Positions 22,944 through 33,247 of a stretch of 64,000 nucleotides of DNA are shown in pieces. Origin of the DNA: an uncultured Methylomirabilota bacterium (lineage in GTDB: Bacteria; Methylomirabilota; Methylomirabilia; Methylomirabilales; 2-02-FULL-66-22). The stretch covers positions 512,001 to 576,000 of the forward strand of contig CAWJSJ010000005.1 in assembly GCA_963845565.1 (NCBI GenBank), written 5' to 3'. Made by a program: the position numbers and the translations under genes. The notes below the pieces were generated by a model. That model had not been told where the DNA came from, made no database searches, and saw only the letters and a list, made by a program, of their open reading frames with translations. Every line of letters begins with the position of its first letter. The stretch's first letter is position 1.

Positions 22944-23257
22944 CCAAGATGATAACGGTCACTGTCAAAAAACGTCATCCAAGAGGACAAATTCTGAGGT
23001 ATTTACCACACCATCTCACGCGATAAAGACCAATTATGTCCCGCATCTTGCCCGCCCCTCCATCGATCACCGGAAAACGGTTTCGATCGTAACCACAATA
23101 AAAATCAGAGGAATAATCACCTCACTCCGGTTTTCTTGACACGGAACTCCCCGGGAACTTTGAAAGGTCACTCTTGGTATGTTGATTGCTTGTTAGGATA
23201 GTCTATTGGTGGGATTTCTGGTGTCGACGGCGCTGTTGCCATACAGGAGGGGTGTTG

Positions 23258-23695
23258 ATGAAGCTGACGCGCGGGGGAGAGTACGGGATTCGCGGTGTCC
23301 TCTATCTTGCCAAACAAGAGGAGGGCAAGGTGAGCATGCTCTCGGCCATTGCCAAGGAGCAGGATGTGCCACCCCGGTTTCTTGCCAAGATTTTTCAGGC
23401 GCTGGCAAAGGCCGGCGTGGTCAGGTCGCATCGTGGCGCGAAGGGCGGGTTCTCTCTGGCCCGGGCTGCCTCAGAGGTGACGATCAAGGATGTCATCGAG
23501 GCCGTCGAGGGCCCGATTCATTTGAACGTGTGCCTGGTGGCCCCCGGGGAGTGTAACCGAGACACCCTCTGCCCCGTGCATGCGGTGTGGGAGGAGGCCC
23601 AGGAGAAGATGATGGAGGTCCTGAACCGGAAGAGTTTTGCGGAGTTGGCCAGGGTTGAGAAGGAACTGCTGTTAACGATTGCGCCCCCCGCGTAA
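23258..23695 (+). CDS. Rrf2 family transcriptional regulator, probably Fe-S binding
   Basis: EYGIRGVLYLA, SHRGAKGGFSLAR, EAVEG, three Cys plus His (C-x6-C-x5-C-x2-H); AGGAGG RBS. Confidence 0.92.
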   Translation: MKLTRGGEYGIRGVLYLAKQEEGKVSMLSAIAKEQDVPPRFLAKIFQALAKAGVVRSHRGAKGGFSLARAASEVTIKDVIEAVEGPIHLNVCLVAPGECNRDTLCPVHAVWEEAQEKMMEVLNRKSFAELARVEKELLLTIAPPA

Positions 23696-23813
23696 CGCAC
23701 TCCCCTCACCGGGAGCGATCTCGCGGGACACGGGACTCGCTCCCGGGGGTTTCCCCGACTCTTCACCGCGCCGCTCGACCTCGGCCCGCCGGGATCCCTT
23801 TTCGGCTTCGCGG

Positions 23814-23842
23814 TTGCAATTGGGTACTCCGTCGTCTATCAT
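23814..23842 (+). promoter_or_regulatory. Sigma70-like promoter of the radical SAM gene
   Basis: TTGCAA-N17-TATCAT. Confidence 0.55.
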
Positions 23843-23864
23843 CCCTCCCGGAAGGGAGTGGTGC

Positions 23865-26459
23865 ATGACCCCACCGGTCTCTTACAAGGCCGCGATCGCT
23901 GAAAAAATTCTACCATTTCTCAGCAAGCCGTCCCGGTACATTGCTGCGGAGTGGAATGCCGTCGTCAAGGACCCGGCGACGGCCGAGGTGCGCATCGCCT
24001 TGGCATTCCCGGACGTCTACGAGATCGGAATGTCCCACCTGGGCCTGAAGATCCTCTATCAAATCTTGAATGCGCGCCCGGAAATCCTGGCGGAGCGCGT
24101 GTATGCACCCTGGCTTGATGCCGAGGCCCTCCTGCGGGAGCAGCGGGTGCCGTTGTGCAGCCAGGAGTCCGGCCTTCCCCTGTCCGGATTCGATATCGTT
24201 GGGTTCACCTTGCAGTACGAGCTATCGTTCGCCACGATTCTAGCCATGCTGGAACTCGGCGGGATCCCCGTCCGCTCGGGCGACCGGCGGGACGGCGATC
24301 CGCTGGTGGTGGCTGGGGGGCCCGTGGCATTTGCCCCGGAACCGCTGGCGGATTTTGTGGACGCGTTCCTGATCGGTGACGGGGAAGAGGCCGCGCTCGA
24401 ATTGTGCGCGGTGGTCCGGGACTGGAAGCGGCAACGCGGCGGGCGCGAGGCCTTGCTCCGAGCGGTCAAGGGCATCCCGGGGATGTACGTGCCCGCCCTG
24501 CACGTGCCCGGCGAGGTGGTGGAGAAGCGCACTGCTCTGCGGCTCGATACGGTCGACTATGGGCGATTTCCCGTACCGTACATGGAGATCGTCCACGATC
24601 GCGCGGGGCTCGAGGTGATGCGGGGCTGTGCGCAAGGATGCCGCTTCTGCCAGGCCGGGTATATTTACCGGCCGGTGCGCGAACTGGATGCGCCGACGAT
24701 CCGTGCGATGGTCGAGCGGTCCCTTCAGGGAACAGGGTACGAGGAGATTTCGCTGTCCGCGCTGTCCATCGCCGATCTGGCCTGTCTCCGTGAGCTCTTT
24801 CCGTCTCTCATGGAGAGCCTGGCGCCGACCCGGACGTCGCTCAGTCTGCCCTCTCTTCGGGTGGAGGCCTTGAATCGGAACCCGGAACTCGCCGCCGAGA
24901 TCGCCCGCGTGCGCAAGACGGGGTTGACCATCGCCCCGGAAGCGGGCTCCGCGCGCCTCCGGGGACTCATCAACAAGGTCGGATTCGACGAAGCGGGCAT
25001 TCTTGCTGCCGTCCAGAATGCGGCCCGGTCCGGCTGGACATCGCTCAAATTCTACTTCATGATCGGCCTGCCCACCGAGACCCAGGCCGACATCGACGAC
25101 ATCGTGCGCGTGTCCCGCGAGGCCGCCCGGATCGCCCGACGGGGGCGGTCCCGGGGCTTCGGCCTCACGGTCAGCGCCAGCTCGTTCGTTCCCAAGCCGC
25201 ATACGCCGTTCCAGTGGTTCGCGCAAGAGCCGATGGAGGTCTTGCAGGAGAAGCAGAGGTATCTCCGGTCGCGACTGCGCGAGTCACGGATCGATTTCAA
25301 GTGGCATCAGGTGGAATCCTCATTCTTGGAAGCGGTCTTCGCGCGCGGGACGCGGGAGGTGGGTGCCGCCATCGCCTTGGGCTACCAGCGCGGCTGCCGC
25401 TTCGACGGCTGGACCGAGCAGTTGCAGTTCGAGGCGTGGATGCGCGCATTTGCCGACGCCGGCGTCGACCCCTTCGCCATCGCGAACCGGCCGGTGCCGC
25501 TGGAGGCGCCGCTTCCGTGGGATCACATTGACGCCGGTGTCGATAAGGCCTTCTTGGTGCGCGAGTACCGACGGGCCCTGGACGGCACGCGGACCGAGGA
25601 TTGTCACGTGGGTCCCTGCAACGGGTGCGGCGAGCCATGCGCGCCAAGCTGGCAGGCCTGGGCGGAGACGATCGGGTACCGTCCGCCGACCCCCGAGCGC
25701 GTCGAGGCGTCGACAGACGGGAACCCCGTCGCGACGCCCCCCGAGCGCCCCTCGGGCCACGCGACGCAGAAGATTCGTTTCGAATTTCAGAAGGTGGGGG
25801 AGCTGCGGTTCTTGTCCCACCTTGAACTGATGCGGGCGCTCTCGCGATCCTTGCGCCGTGCCGGCATCCCTCTGGCCTTCACGCAGGGGTTCAACCCCCA
25901 ACCCCGGCTCTCGTTGGCCCAGGCTCTGGCCGTGGGCATCGAAGGGCGACGGGAACTCGGCGAGGTTGAGCTCGTCCAGCGGATGGAGCCGGAGGCGTTG
26001 CTGACAGCCTGGAATCGCCAGTTGCCGCCCGAGCTTAAGATTCTCCGGTCTTGGGAAGCCCCCCTGAATGGTCCGTCGCTTTCCGCCGGGGTACGAGGTG
26101 CCGTGTATCACATCCAGCTCGCGCCGAACGGTTGGGACACCACGATCCTGGCCGCCCTCGGCACCACCGAGTCCTGTGCTGCGTTTCTGGCGCAGGAATC
26201 CATTCCCGTCGAGGCGACCAAGAAGGGCCAGGCCGTGGCCCTCGACGCGCGCCCGTTCCTCCAGGAGTTCGTCGGCGCAGGCGGCCGCGGTTCCCCCGGG
26301 TGGCAGATGCAGTTGCGGGTGGGTCCGGCGGGTAGCGTGAAGCCTGCGGCGGTGATGCGGAGCTTCTTGGGCGGACAGGTTCCCCCCGGTGAGCTGGGTC
26401 ACATGGTCTCGTCCCTCCGGATCGCGCGGACTGCTCTCATCCTCGAGGGCCAGGGGTAG
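23865..26459 (+). CDS. Radical SAM protein (TIGR03960-like) fused to a DUF2344/TIGR03936-like domain
   Basis: FPDVYEIGMSHLG, RGCAQGCRFC (CxxxCxxC), C-terminal RFLSHLELMR...GFNPQPRL; usual position upstream of RNase E/G. Confidence 0.88.
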   Translation: MTPPVSYKAAIAEKILPFLSKPSRYIAAEWNAVVKDPATAEVRIALAFPDVYEIGMSHLGLKILYQILNARPEILAERVYAPWLDAEALLREQRVPLCSQESGLPLSGFDIVGFTLQYELSFATILAMLELGGIPVRSGDRRDGDPLVVAGGPVAFAPEPLADFVDAFLIGDGEEAALELCAVVRDWKRQRGGREALLRAVKGIPGMYVPALHVPGEVVEKRTALRLDTVDYGRFPVPYMEIVHDRAGLEVMRGCAQGCRFCQAGYIYRPVRELDAPTIRAMVERSLQGTGYEEISLSALSIADLACLRELFPSLMESLAPTRTSLSLPSLRVEALNRNPELAAEIARVRKTGLTIAPEAGSARLRGLINKVGFDEAGILAAVQNAARSGWTSLKFYFMIGLPTETQADIDDIVRVSREAARIARRGRSRGFGLTVSASSFVPKPHTPFQWFAQEPMEVLQEKQRYLRSRLRESRIDFKWHQVESSFLEAVFARGTREVGAAIALGYQRGCRFDGWTEQLQFEAWMRAFADAGVDPFAIANRPVPLEAPLPWDHIDAGVDKAFLVREYRRALDGTRTEDCHVGPCNGCGEPCAPSWQAWAETIGYRPPTPERVEASTDGNPVATPPERPSGHATQKIRFEFQKVGELRFLSHLELMRALSRSLRRAGIPLAFTQGFNPQPRLSLAQALAVGIEGRRELGEVELVQRMEPEALLTAWNRQLPPELKILRSWEAPLNGPSLSAGVRGAVYHIQLAPNGWDTTILAALGTTESCAAFLAQESIPVEATKKGQAVALDARPFLQEFVGAGGRGSPGWQMQLRVGPAGSVKPAAVMRSFLGGQVPPGELGHMVSSLRIARTALILEGQG

Positions 26460-26541
26460 GCCTCCCAGTTTCCCGTCTCCGCCGCGCCGTAGGACTCCGG
26501 TGTTCTGCGGTCCGGCGGAAGAGGGCGTCGAGGTCCCCCGC

Positions 26542-28125
26542 ATGAAACGCGAGATCATCGTCAATTCGTCCCTGGTGGAGACCCGCGTGGCCGTCATCGA
26601 GGACGGCACGCTGGTCGAGATCCTGATCGACGACTCCCACACCCAGAACCTGGCGGGCAACATCTATAAGGGCCGGGTACTCAAGATCCTTCCGGGCATG
26701 CAGGCGGCCTTCGTGGACGTCGGCCTGGCCCGGGATGCCTTTCTGTACGTCCGTGACATCTACGAGGATGTTGAGAATTTCGAGGATCTCCTCGCCGGGG
26801 GCGACGAGGGGGAGCCCGAAAATGACGAGGGTGATGCACCGCCCTCCCCCGGCGGCCGCGCGCGAGGCCGGCAAGCCGCGTCCGCCCCAGGCGGACGGGC
26901 ACCGTCGGAGCACCGATCGGCCCACGCCTCCATCGAAGAGTTGATCCAGGAAGGCCAGGAGGTCCTGGTGCAGGTCGCGCGGGAGCCGCTGGGCACGAAG
27001 GGGGCCCGCATCACCTCCCACATCACGCTGCCGGGGCGGTATTTGGTGTACATGCCGACCGAATCCCACGTCGGGGTCTCCCGCAAGATCGAAGCCGAGG
27101 GGGAGCGAAGCCGGCTGAAGCAGATCATCGAGGAGATCAACGTTCCGCGGGAAGGGGTGATCGTCCGCACCGCCGGCGTCGGACGGTCCAAGTCGGAGAT
27201 CCAGGCGGACTTCGAGTTCCTTCGGTCCACCTGGCGAGGGATCAAGCTGAAAGGGGAGGCCGCCACCGCCCCCGCCATGGTGCAGAAGGATCTGGATCTG
27301 GTGTTCCGCATCTTCCGGGATCTGATCACCAAGGACGTGACCCGCCTGGTGGTGGACTCGGCGGTGGAGTACGAGCGCTGCATGGAGTACACGGAATCCC
27401 TCTTCCCTGAGTTGCGGCAACTCCTGTTCCTCTACACCGAGGACGAGCCGATCTTCAAGAGTTTCGGGATCGAGCGGGAAGTGGAGAAGGCGCTGCGCAG
27501 TAAGGTCTGGCTCAAATCGGGTGGCTACCTGGTCATCGAGCAGACCGAAGCGCTGGTGTCGGTGGACGTGAATACCGGCAAGTATGTGGGGAAACACGAC
27601 TTCGAGGAGACCATCCTCAAGACCAATCGGGAGGCGGCCGTCGAGATCGCCCGCCAGGTGCGGTTGCGCGACCTGGGTGGCATCATCATCATCGACTTCA
27701 TCGACATGGCCCGCCAGGAGAACCGGGACAAGGTCATGGCGGACCTCAAGGAGGCGCTGAAGGCCGACCGGTCTCCCACCAACGTCTCGCTGCTCTCGGA
27801 ACTCGGCCTGGTGGAGATGACGCGGAAACGGGTCCGGCAGGGGTTGAACCAGTCGCTGAGCCAGACCTGCGCCGCCTGCGGCGGCCTGGGCTGGGTCCGT
27901 TCGGTGGCCTCCATCACTCACCAGGCGCTGCGCGAGGTTGAATGGCGGATGGCGCGGAAGGCGTTGCCCCGGATCAAGATCCGGGCGGCGCGCGACCTGG
28001 TGGAGTGGATCAAGGCGGAAGAGGCCGAGATCGTCGAGGCGCTCCAGCAGCGGCTGGGCGGAGAGATCGAGCTCCTGGTGGAAGAGAGCTATCCGGCGGG
28101 AAAGTATTCCCTTTTGGAAGGGTAG
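26542..28125 (+). CDS. rng: Ribonuclease E/G family
   Basis: GNIYKGRV S1 domain, DVNTGK, RLRDLGGIIIIDFIDM, EMTRKR, CAAC zinc link. Confidence 0.93.
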   Translation: MKREIIVNSSLVETRVAVIEDGTLVEILIDDSHTQNLAGNIYKGRVLKILPGMQAAFVDVGLARDAFLYVRDIYEDVENFEDLLAGGDEGEPENDEGDAPPSPGGRARGRQAASAPGGRAPSEHRSAHASIEELIQEGQEVLVQVAREPLGTKGARITSHITLPGRYLVYMPTESHVGVSRKIEAEGERSRLKQIIEEINVPREGVIVRTAGVGRSKSEIQADFEFLRSTWRGIKLKGEAATAPAMVQKDLDLVFRIFRDLITKDVTRLVVDSAVEYERCMEYTESLFPELRQLLFLYTEDEPIFKSFGIEREVEKALRSKVWLKSGGYLVIEQTEALVSVDVNTGKYVGKHDFEETILKTNREAAVEIARQVRLRDLGGIIIIDFIDMARQENRDKVMADLKEALKADRSPTNVSLLSELGLVEMTRKRVRQGLNQSLSQTCAACGGLGWVRSVASITHQALREVEWRMARKALPRIKIRAARDLVEWIKAEEAEIVEALQQRLGGEIELLVEESYPAGKYSLLEG

Positions 28126-28183
28126 CCAGGGCGCTCGCCGGCGGGCGGTTTTCCCCGGCGGCGAACCGTCGGGGGAGATTTTC

Positions 28184-28213
28184 TTGACACTCCGCCTGGG
28201 GGCATGTTATACA
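28184..28213 (+). promoter_or_regulatory. Sigma70-like promoter of rplU-rpmA
   Basis: TTGACA-N18 followed by extended TGn-TATACA. Confidence 0.55.
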
Positions 28214-28310
28214 CAACACCCCGCTTCGGCCAGAGGCGGGATCATTTTTTGTCGGCACACGACGTGCCCCGCAGGGCGGGGTCGCCACTTCGCGGCGGAA
28301 GGAGTCTCCG

Positions 28311-28622
28311 GTGTACGCGATCATCGAATCGGGGGGAAAGCAGTACCGGGTGGAGCCGGGCGCGATTCTGGCTCTGGAGCGTCTCCCGGGGGAGAAGGGC
28401 AGCCGGGTGGAGCTGGACCGGGTCCTCCTGGTCTCGGACGGCGGCAGCGTGAAGGTGGGCCATCCCACCGTGTCGGGAGCCCGAGTGGTCTCCGAGATCC
28501 TGGCCCAGATGCGCGGCGAGAAGATCGACGTGTTCAAATTCAAGAAGCGGAAGAAGTATCGCCGCAAGACGGGTCACCGCCAGGAACTGACGAAGGTCCG
28601 TATCGCGGAGATCGTGGCGTAG
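28311..28622 (+). CDS. rplU: 50S ribosomal protein L21
   Basis: MYAIIESGGKQYRV...KYRRKTGHRQ. Confidence 0.98.
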   Translation: MYAIIESGGKQYRVEPGAILALERLPGEKGSRVELDRVLLVSDGGSVKVGHPTVSGARVVSEILAQMRGEKIDVFKFKKRKKYRRKTGHRQELTKVRIAEIVA

Positions 28623-28676
28623 CGGTCGGCCACGCGGCGGGCCGGAGGCGGCCCGGCGGATCACACGGAGGAGATG

Positions 28677-28931
28677 ATGGCACACAAGAAGGGTGTGGGA
28701 AGCTCGCGGAACGGCCGCGATAGCGCCGGGCGGCGCCTGGGCATGAAGGCTTTCTCCGGTCAGACGGTGACGGGCGGGAGCATCCTCGTGCGCCAGCGCG
28801 GGACGCGTTTCAAGCCCGGGAAAAACGTCGGTCTGGGGGGTGACGACACCCTGTTCGCCAAAGTGGCCGGCGTCGTCAACGTGGCGCAGCGGGGCGGCGA
28901 CCGCTTCGTCTCCATCACGCCCGCCGCCTAG
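28677..28931 (+). CDS. rpmA: 50S ribosomal protein L27
   Basis: [16 protein letters not shown]...ILVRQRGT. Confidence 0.98.
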   Translation: MAHKKGVGSSRNGRDSAGRRLGMKAFSGQTVTGGSILVRQRGTRFKPGKNVGLGGDDTLFAKVAGVVNVAQRGGDRFVSITPAA

Positions 28932-28998
28932 CGGTTCCGGCTGGCCGGCCATCGCGCTTCGCGGTGGATCGCCAGCCTTCACCGATCCGCCTCGACCA

Positions 28999-30018
28999 TT
29001 GACCAAGTTCATTGACACCGCTCAGATCGTCGTGCAGGCCGGCGCCGGCGGTCGGGGTTGCGTGAGTTTCCGGCGCGAGAAGTACGTGCCGCACGGTGGA
29101 CCCAACGGGGGCGACGGGGGCGACGGGGGCAGCGTCGTCGTCCAGGCCAGCCGATCCTTCCGGACCCTGATCGATCAGCAGTACCAGCGACTCTACCGCG
29201 CCGGGCGCGGCGAGCATGGGCGCGGCAAGGACCAGCACGGCGCCAACGGCTCCGACGTCACCATCAAGGTGCCGCTCGGCACCGTGATCGCCGATGCGGA
29301 GACGGGCGAAGTCCTGGCCGATCTCACGCTCGAGGACCAGCGGGCACTGGTGGCCCGTGGCGGCCAGGGCGGCCGCGGCAACGCCCGCTTCGCGACCGCG
29401 ACCCATCAAGCCCCCCGCACGGCCCAGCCCGGCACCCCCGGGGAAACCCGAACCCTTCGTCTGGAACTCAAACTCATCGCGGATGTCGGCCTGGTGGGCT
29501 TGCCCAACGCGGGGAAATCCTCCCTGCTGGCCGCTTTCTCGGCCGCCCGGCCCAAGATCGCCGCCTATCCGTTCACGACCCTCAGTCCGAACCTCGGCGT
29601 GGTAGACGTCGCGCCCCATGGCGGCTTCGTGGTTGCGGACATTCCCGGGCTGATCGAGGGCGCGGCGCAGGGCGCCGGCCTGGGCATCCGCTTTCTGCGC
29701 CATATCGAGCGAACGCGCCTGCTGGTCCACGTGGTGGATGTCTCCGCCGAGGCGGGAGACCCGGCGGCGGCCGTCGAGACGATCGAGCGGGAACTCCATG
29801 CGTACAACCCCGCCCTGCTGTCGTTGCCGCGGATCGTGGCCGCCAACAAGATCGACCTCCCCCACGGGGCGGGGTTGACCGCCCTCGCCGCCTGGTGCGC
29901 CGCGCAGACGCTGCCCGTGATCGCGATCTCGGCGTTGACCGGCGAAGGGATTCCGGGTCTGCTGGAAGCGATCGCCGACCGGCTTCGGACCGTTCAGGGG
30001 ACGCCGCATGTCCCGTAA
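28999..30018 (+). CDS. obgE: GTPase ObgE/CgtA
   Basis: FIDTAQI, SFRREKYVPHGGPNGGDGG, GLPNAGKS, YPFTT, DIPG, NKID; TTG start inferred. Confidence 0.95.
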   Translation: MTKFIDTAQIVVQAGAGGRGCVSFRREKYVPHGGPNGGDGGDGGSVVVQASRSFRTLIDQQYQRLYRAGRGEHGRGKDQHGANGSDVTIKVPLGTVIADAETGEVLADLTLEDQRALVARGGQGGRGNARFATATHQAPRTAQPGTPGETRTLRLELKLIADVGLVGLPNAGKSSLLAAFSAARPKIAAYPFTTLSPNLGVVDVAPHGGFVVADIPGLIEGAAQGAGLGIRFLRHIERTRLLVHVVDVSAEAGDPAAAVETIERELHAYNPALLSLPRIVAANKIDLPHGAGLTALAAWCAAQTLPVIAISALTGEGIPGLLEAIADRLRTVQGTPHVP

Positions 30019-31183
30019 AGGCCCAACCGCCGGGACCCGGCAGGAGTGGCTCGGCACGCCCCGGCGGCTCGTCGTCAAGGTCGGGTCCGGCGTGCTTTCC
30101 CGCGGCGGCATCGGGCTGCATCGGCCCACGCTCCGGGCGCTGGCGTCCTGTCTCGCGCGGGTGCAGGCGCGCGGTATCGAGACGATCCTGGTGTCGTCGG
30201 GGGCGATTCTGGCCGGGATGGAAGCGCTGGGGCTGACCGAGCGGCCGCGGGAGCTGCCGTTGAAGCAGGCCGCCGCGGCCGTGGGGCAGAGCCACCTGAT
30301 GCGCGCCTACGAGGAGGCCTTTCAGCCGTGCGGCCTCCGCGTGGCGCAGATCCTGCTGACGCAGGAGGACCTGCGGCATCGCGGCCGATATCTCAATGCC
30401 CGGAACACGCTCTTCACCCTCCTCGGCCTGCGCGTCCTCCCCATCGTGAACGAGAACGACACGGTGGCGGTGCGGGAGATCCAGTTCGGCGACAACGACA
30501 CGCTCTCGGCCCTGGTGGCGCACGTGGCGCAAGCCGATCTTCTGGTGATCCTGACGGACACGGAGGGGGTCTTCACCGCCGACCCCCACCGGGACCCCTC
30601 GGCGCGGCTGATCCCGCTGGTCCGCCCGCAGGATGCCATCACGTCCTTCTGCGCCGAGGACACCGGGAGCGCCGCCAGCATCGGGGGCATGACGTCCAAG
30701 GTCCGCGCCGCCCATCGGGCCGCGGTCGCCGGCATCCCCACGGTCGTGGCCAGCGGCCGGACGCCCGAGTCGGTGGAGGCGATTCTGCGGGGCGAGGAGG
30801 TCGGCACCCTGTTCCTCCCCTCGCGCAGCCGGATGCAAAGCCGCAAGCGGTGGCTGGCCTTCGCCAGCCTGCCGCGCGGCGGGATCGTGGTGGACGCGGG
30901 CGCCAGGGAGGCGCTGGTCTCGGGGGGCAAGAGTCTGCTCCCCTCGGGTATTCGCGGGACACAGAAGACGTTCCGGGCGGGAGACGTGGTCAGCTTGCTG
31001 GATCCGGCCGGCCGAGAGTTCGGCCGGGGTCTGGCGAACTACAGCCGGGACGAGACGGACAAGATCAAAGGCCTGCACAGCGACGCGATCGCATCGGTGC
31101 TGGGCCACAAGCCGTACGACGAGGTGATCCACCGGGACAACCTCGTTATCCTGGAGGCGGCGCCGTCCGGACCGTCCGCATGA
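30008..31183 (+). CDS. proB: Glutamate 5-kinase
   Basis: VVKVGSG, NENDTV, FGDNDTLSA, GGMTSK, C-terminal PUA domain. Confidence 0.96.
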   Translation: MSRKGPTAGTRQEWLGTPRRLVVKVGSGVLSRGGIGLHRPTLRALASCLARVQARGIETILVSSGAILAGMEALGLTERPRELPLKQAAAAVGQSHLMRAYEEAFQPCGLRVAQILLTQEDLRHRGRYLNARNTLFTLLGLRVLPIVNENDTVAVREIQFGDNDTLSALVAHVAQADLLVILTDTEGVFTADPHRDPSARLIPLVRPQDAITSFCAEDTGSAASIGGMTSKVRAAHRAAVAGIPTVVASGRTPESVEAILRGEEVGTLFLPSRSRMQSRKRWLAFASLPRGGIVVDAGAREALVSGGKSLLPSGIRGTQKTFRAGDVVSLLDPAGREFGRGLANYSRDETDKIKGLHSDAIASVLGHKPYDEVIHRDNLVILEAAPSGPSA

Positions 31184-31191
31184 GGTGACCC

Positions 31192-32454
31192 ATGAGTGAA
31201 TGCGATATCCGCGGGATGGCCCGCGACGCGCGGGCCGCGGCCCGCGACCTGGCCCGCGCCAGCGGGGAGCAGAAGGACCGCGCGCTTCTGGCGATGGCCT
31301 CGGGGCTGACGGAGTCCCGGGCGCGCATCCTGGCGGACAACGCCGGAGACGTGGCCGCGGCCCACGCCGCCGGTCAGACGGCCGCCTTCGTGGATCGCCT
31401 CACGCTGACCGAGCCCAGGATCGAGGCCATGGCCCGCGGGGTGCGGCAAATCGCCGATCTCCCCGACCCGGTGGGGGCCGTGACCGGCATGTGGCGCCGG
31501 CCCAACGGCCTGCAGGTCGGGCGCATGCGCGTTCCCTTGGGGGTGATCGGGATCATCTACGAGTCTCGACCCAACGTGACCGCGGACGCCGCGGCATTGT
31601 GCCTCAAGTCGGGGAACGCCGTGCTGCTGCGCGGCGGGTCGGAGGCGCTCCGCACGAACCGCGCCATTGCCGACGTCCTGGCGGCCGCGGTGGCCTCGGC
31701 GGGCTTGCCGGCGGCGGCCCTCGCCGTCGTGCCCTCGGCGGACCGGGCCGTGGTCAAGGAGATGCTCTCGCTCCACGGCCTGATCGACCTGATCATCCCG
31801 CGCGGCGGCGAGGGGCTCATCCGGGCCGTCCGCGAGGGGTCCCAGATCCCGGTGATTGCCCACGACAAGGGGCTGTGCCACACCTATGTGGACGCCTCGG
31901 CGAACCTCGCCATGGCCGGCGAGATCGCCTACAACGCCAAGGTCGAGCGGCCCGGTGTCTGCAACGCCATGGAAACGTTGTTGGTACACGCGGAGGTCGC
32001 GCCGGCGCTTCTTCCCGCCCTCGCGGCCCGCTTGCGCGCGGCGGGCGTGGAGGTCCGGGGGTGCCCTCGCACGCGAAGCCTGGTCCCGGCGGCGGTTCCG
32101 GCCACCGAGGAGGACTGGGATACGGAATACCTGGCGCTCACGCTGTCCATCCGGGTGGTGGACTCGTTCGAGGACGCGGTGGTCCACATCGCGCGCCATG
32201 GGTCGGGCCTGGCCGAGGCGATCGTGACCGCCGACCATGGGCGCGCCATGCGCTTCCTGCGCGAGGTGGACGCCGGCGCCGTCTTCGTGAACGCCTCCAC
32301 CCGCTTCACCGACGGGTACGAGTTCGGCATGGGCGCGGAGATGGGGATCAGCACGCAGAAGCTGCACGCCCGCGGACCCATGGGGCTCCCCGAACTCACC
32401 TGTGAGAAGTTCATCGTGCTGGGAGACGGACAGATTCGCGACTCCCGGAAATGA
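31192..32454 (+). CDS. proA: Glutamate-5-semialdehyde dehydrogenase
   Basis: IIYESRPNVT, CNAMETLL, NASTRFTDG, GISTQKLHARGP. Confidence 0.96.
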   Translation: MSECDIRGMARDARAAARDLARASGEQKDRALLAMASGLTESRARILADNAGDVAAAHAAGQTAAFVDRLTLTEPRIEAMARGVRQIADLPDPVGAVTGMWRRPNGLQVGRMRVPLGVIGIIYESRPNVTADAAALCLKSGNAVLLRGGSEALRTNRAIADVLAAAVASAGLPAAALAVVPSADRAVVKEMLSLHGLIDLIIPRGGEGLIRAVREGSQIPVIAHDKGLCHTYVDASANLAMAGEIAYNAKVERPGVCNAMETLLVHAEVAPALLPALAARLRAAGVEVRGCPRTRSLVPAAVPATEEDWDTEYLALTLSIRVVDSFEDAVVHIARHGSGLAEAIVTADHGRAMRFLREVDAGAVFVNASTRFTDGYEFGMGAEMGISTQKLHARGPMGLPELTCEKFIVLGDGQIRDSRK

Positions 32455-32503
32455 TCCGCCGCGGCGCGCCGGGAGTCGTCCGGCGCGTCGACGAGGAGCG
32501 GTC

Positions 32504-33196
32504 ATGCGCATCGGGATCATGGGCGGCACGTTCGACCCGATCCACCTCGGCCACCTCCGGGCGGCCGAGGAGATCTACTGGGCCTTCAGCCTGGACCGGA
32601 TCACCTTCGTGCCGGCAGCGCGCCCGCCGCACAAAGAGGAGGGCGTGGTGGCCTCGGCGCTGCACCGCTACGAGATGGTGTCGCTGGCCACCGTCTTCAC
32701 CCCCTACTTCACCGTCTCCCCGATCGAGCTGCAGCGGGAGGGAAAGTCGTACTCCGTCGAGACGGTGCGCGAGTTCCATCGACTCTCCGGCCCGGACACC
32801 CACCTCTACTTTGTGGTGGGGGTGGACGCGTTCCTGGAGATGTCCGAGTGGCGCGAAGCCGAGGAGCTCCTCACGCTGACGCAGGTCATCGTCACGGCGC
32901 GGCCGGGCTGGCGCCTGGACGAGGTGGAGCGGCTGCTCACGCCGGAACAGCGCCGCCTCTTGGGGCGCCCGACGTTCCGATACTGCAAGGTGAGCGAGGT
33001 CGATCCCGAGCGTATCGAGAAGACGCCGGTCCCGCGGGAAGTGCTCTTGGTGGAGGTGGTCTCGCTGGATATCGCCTCTCGAGAGATCCGGCAGCTCGTC
33101 GAAGAGGGGCGGAGCATCCGCCACCTCGTGCCGGACACCGTGGCAGCGTACATGGCCAAGAACAAACTGTACCAGCGACCGGGGCGCGGCCGCTGA
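32504..33196 (+). CDS. nadD: Nicotinate-nucleotide adenylyltransferase
   Basis: GGTFDPIHLGH, PPHK, IASREIR; ATG 32504 with GAGGAG. Confidence 0.95.
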   Translation: MRIGIMGGTFDPIHLGHLRAAEEIYWAFSLDRITFVPAARPPHKEEGVVASALHRYEMVSLATVFTPYFTVSPIELQREGKSYSVETVREFHRLSGPDTHLYFVVGVDAFLEMSEWREAEELLTLTQVIVTARPGWRLDEVERLLTPEQRRLLGRPTFRYCKVSEVDPERIEKTPVPREVLLVEVVSLDIASREIRQLVEEGRSIRHLVPDTVAAYMAKNKLYQRPGRGR

Positions 33197-33247
33197 TCGG
33201 ACCGGCCGACCCGTCCGGGGCGCGGCCGGTCAGGAGGGAGGAGAGCC

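Noticed and set aside
28220..28310. Ribosomal protein L21 leader RNA
   Set aside because: Hairpins are present, but I cannot match them to the known family without an Rfam search.
33179..33228. 14-bp direct repeat CCGGGGCGCGGCCG at the nadD end
   Set aside because: All-GC, short and only 36 bp apart; no element between the copies.
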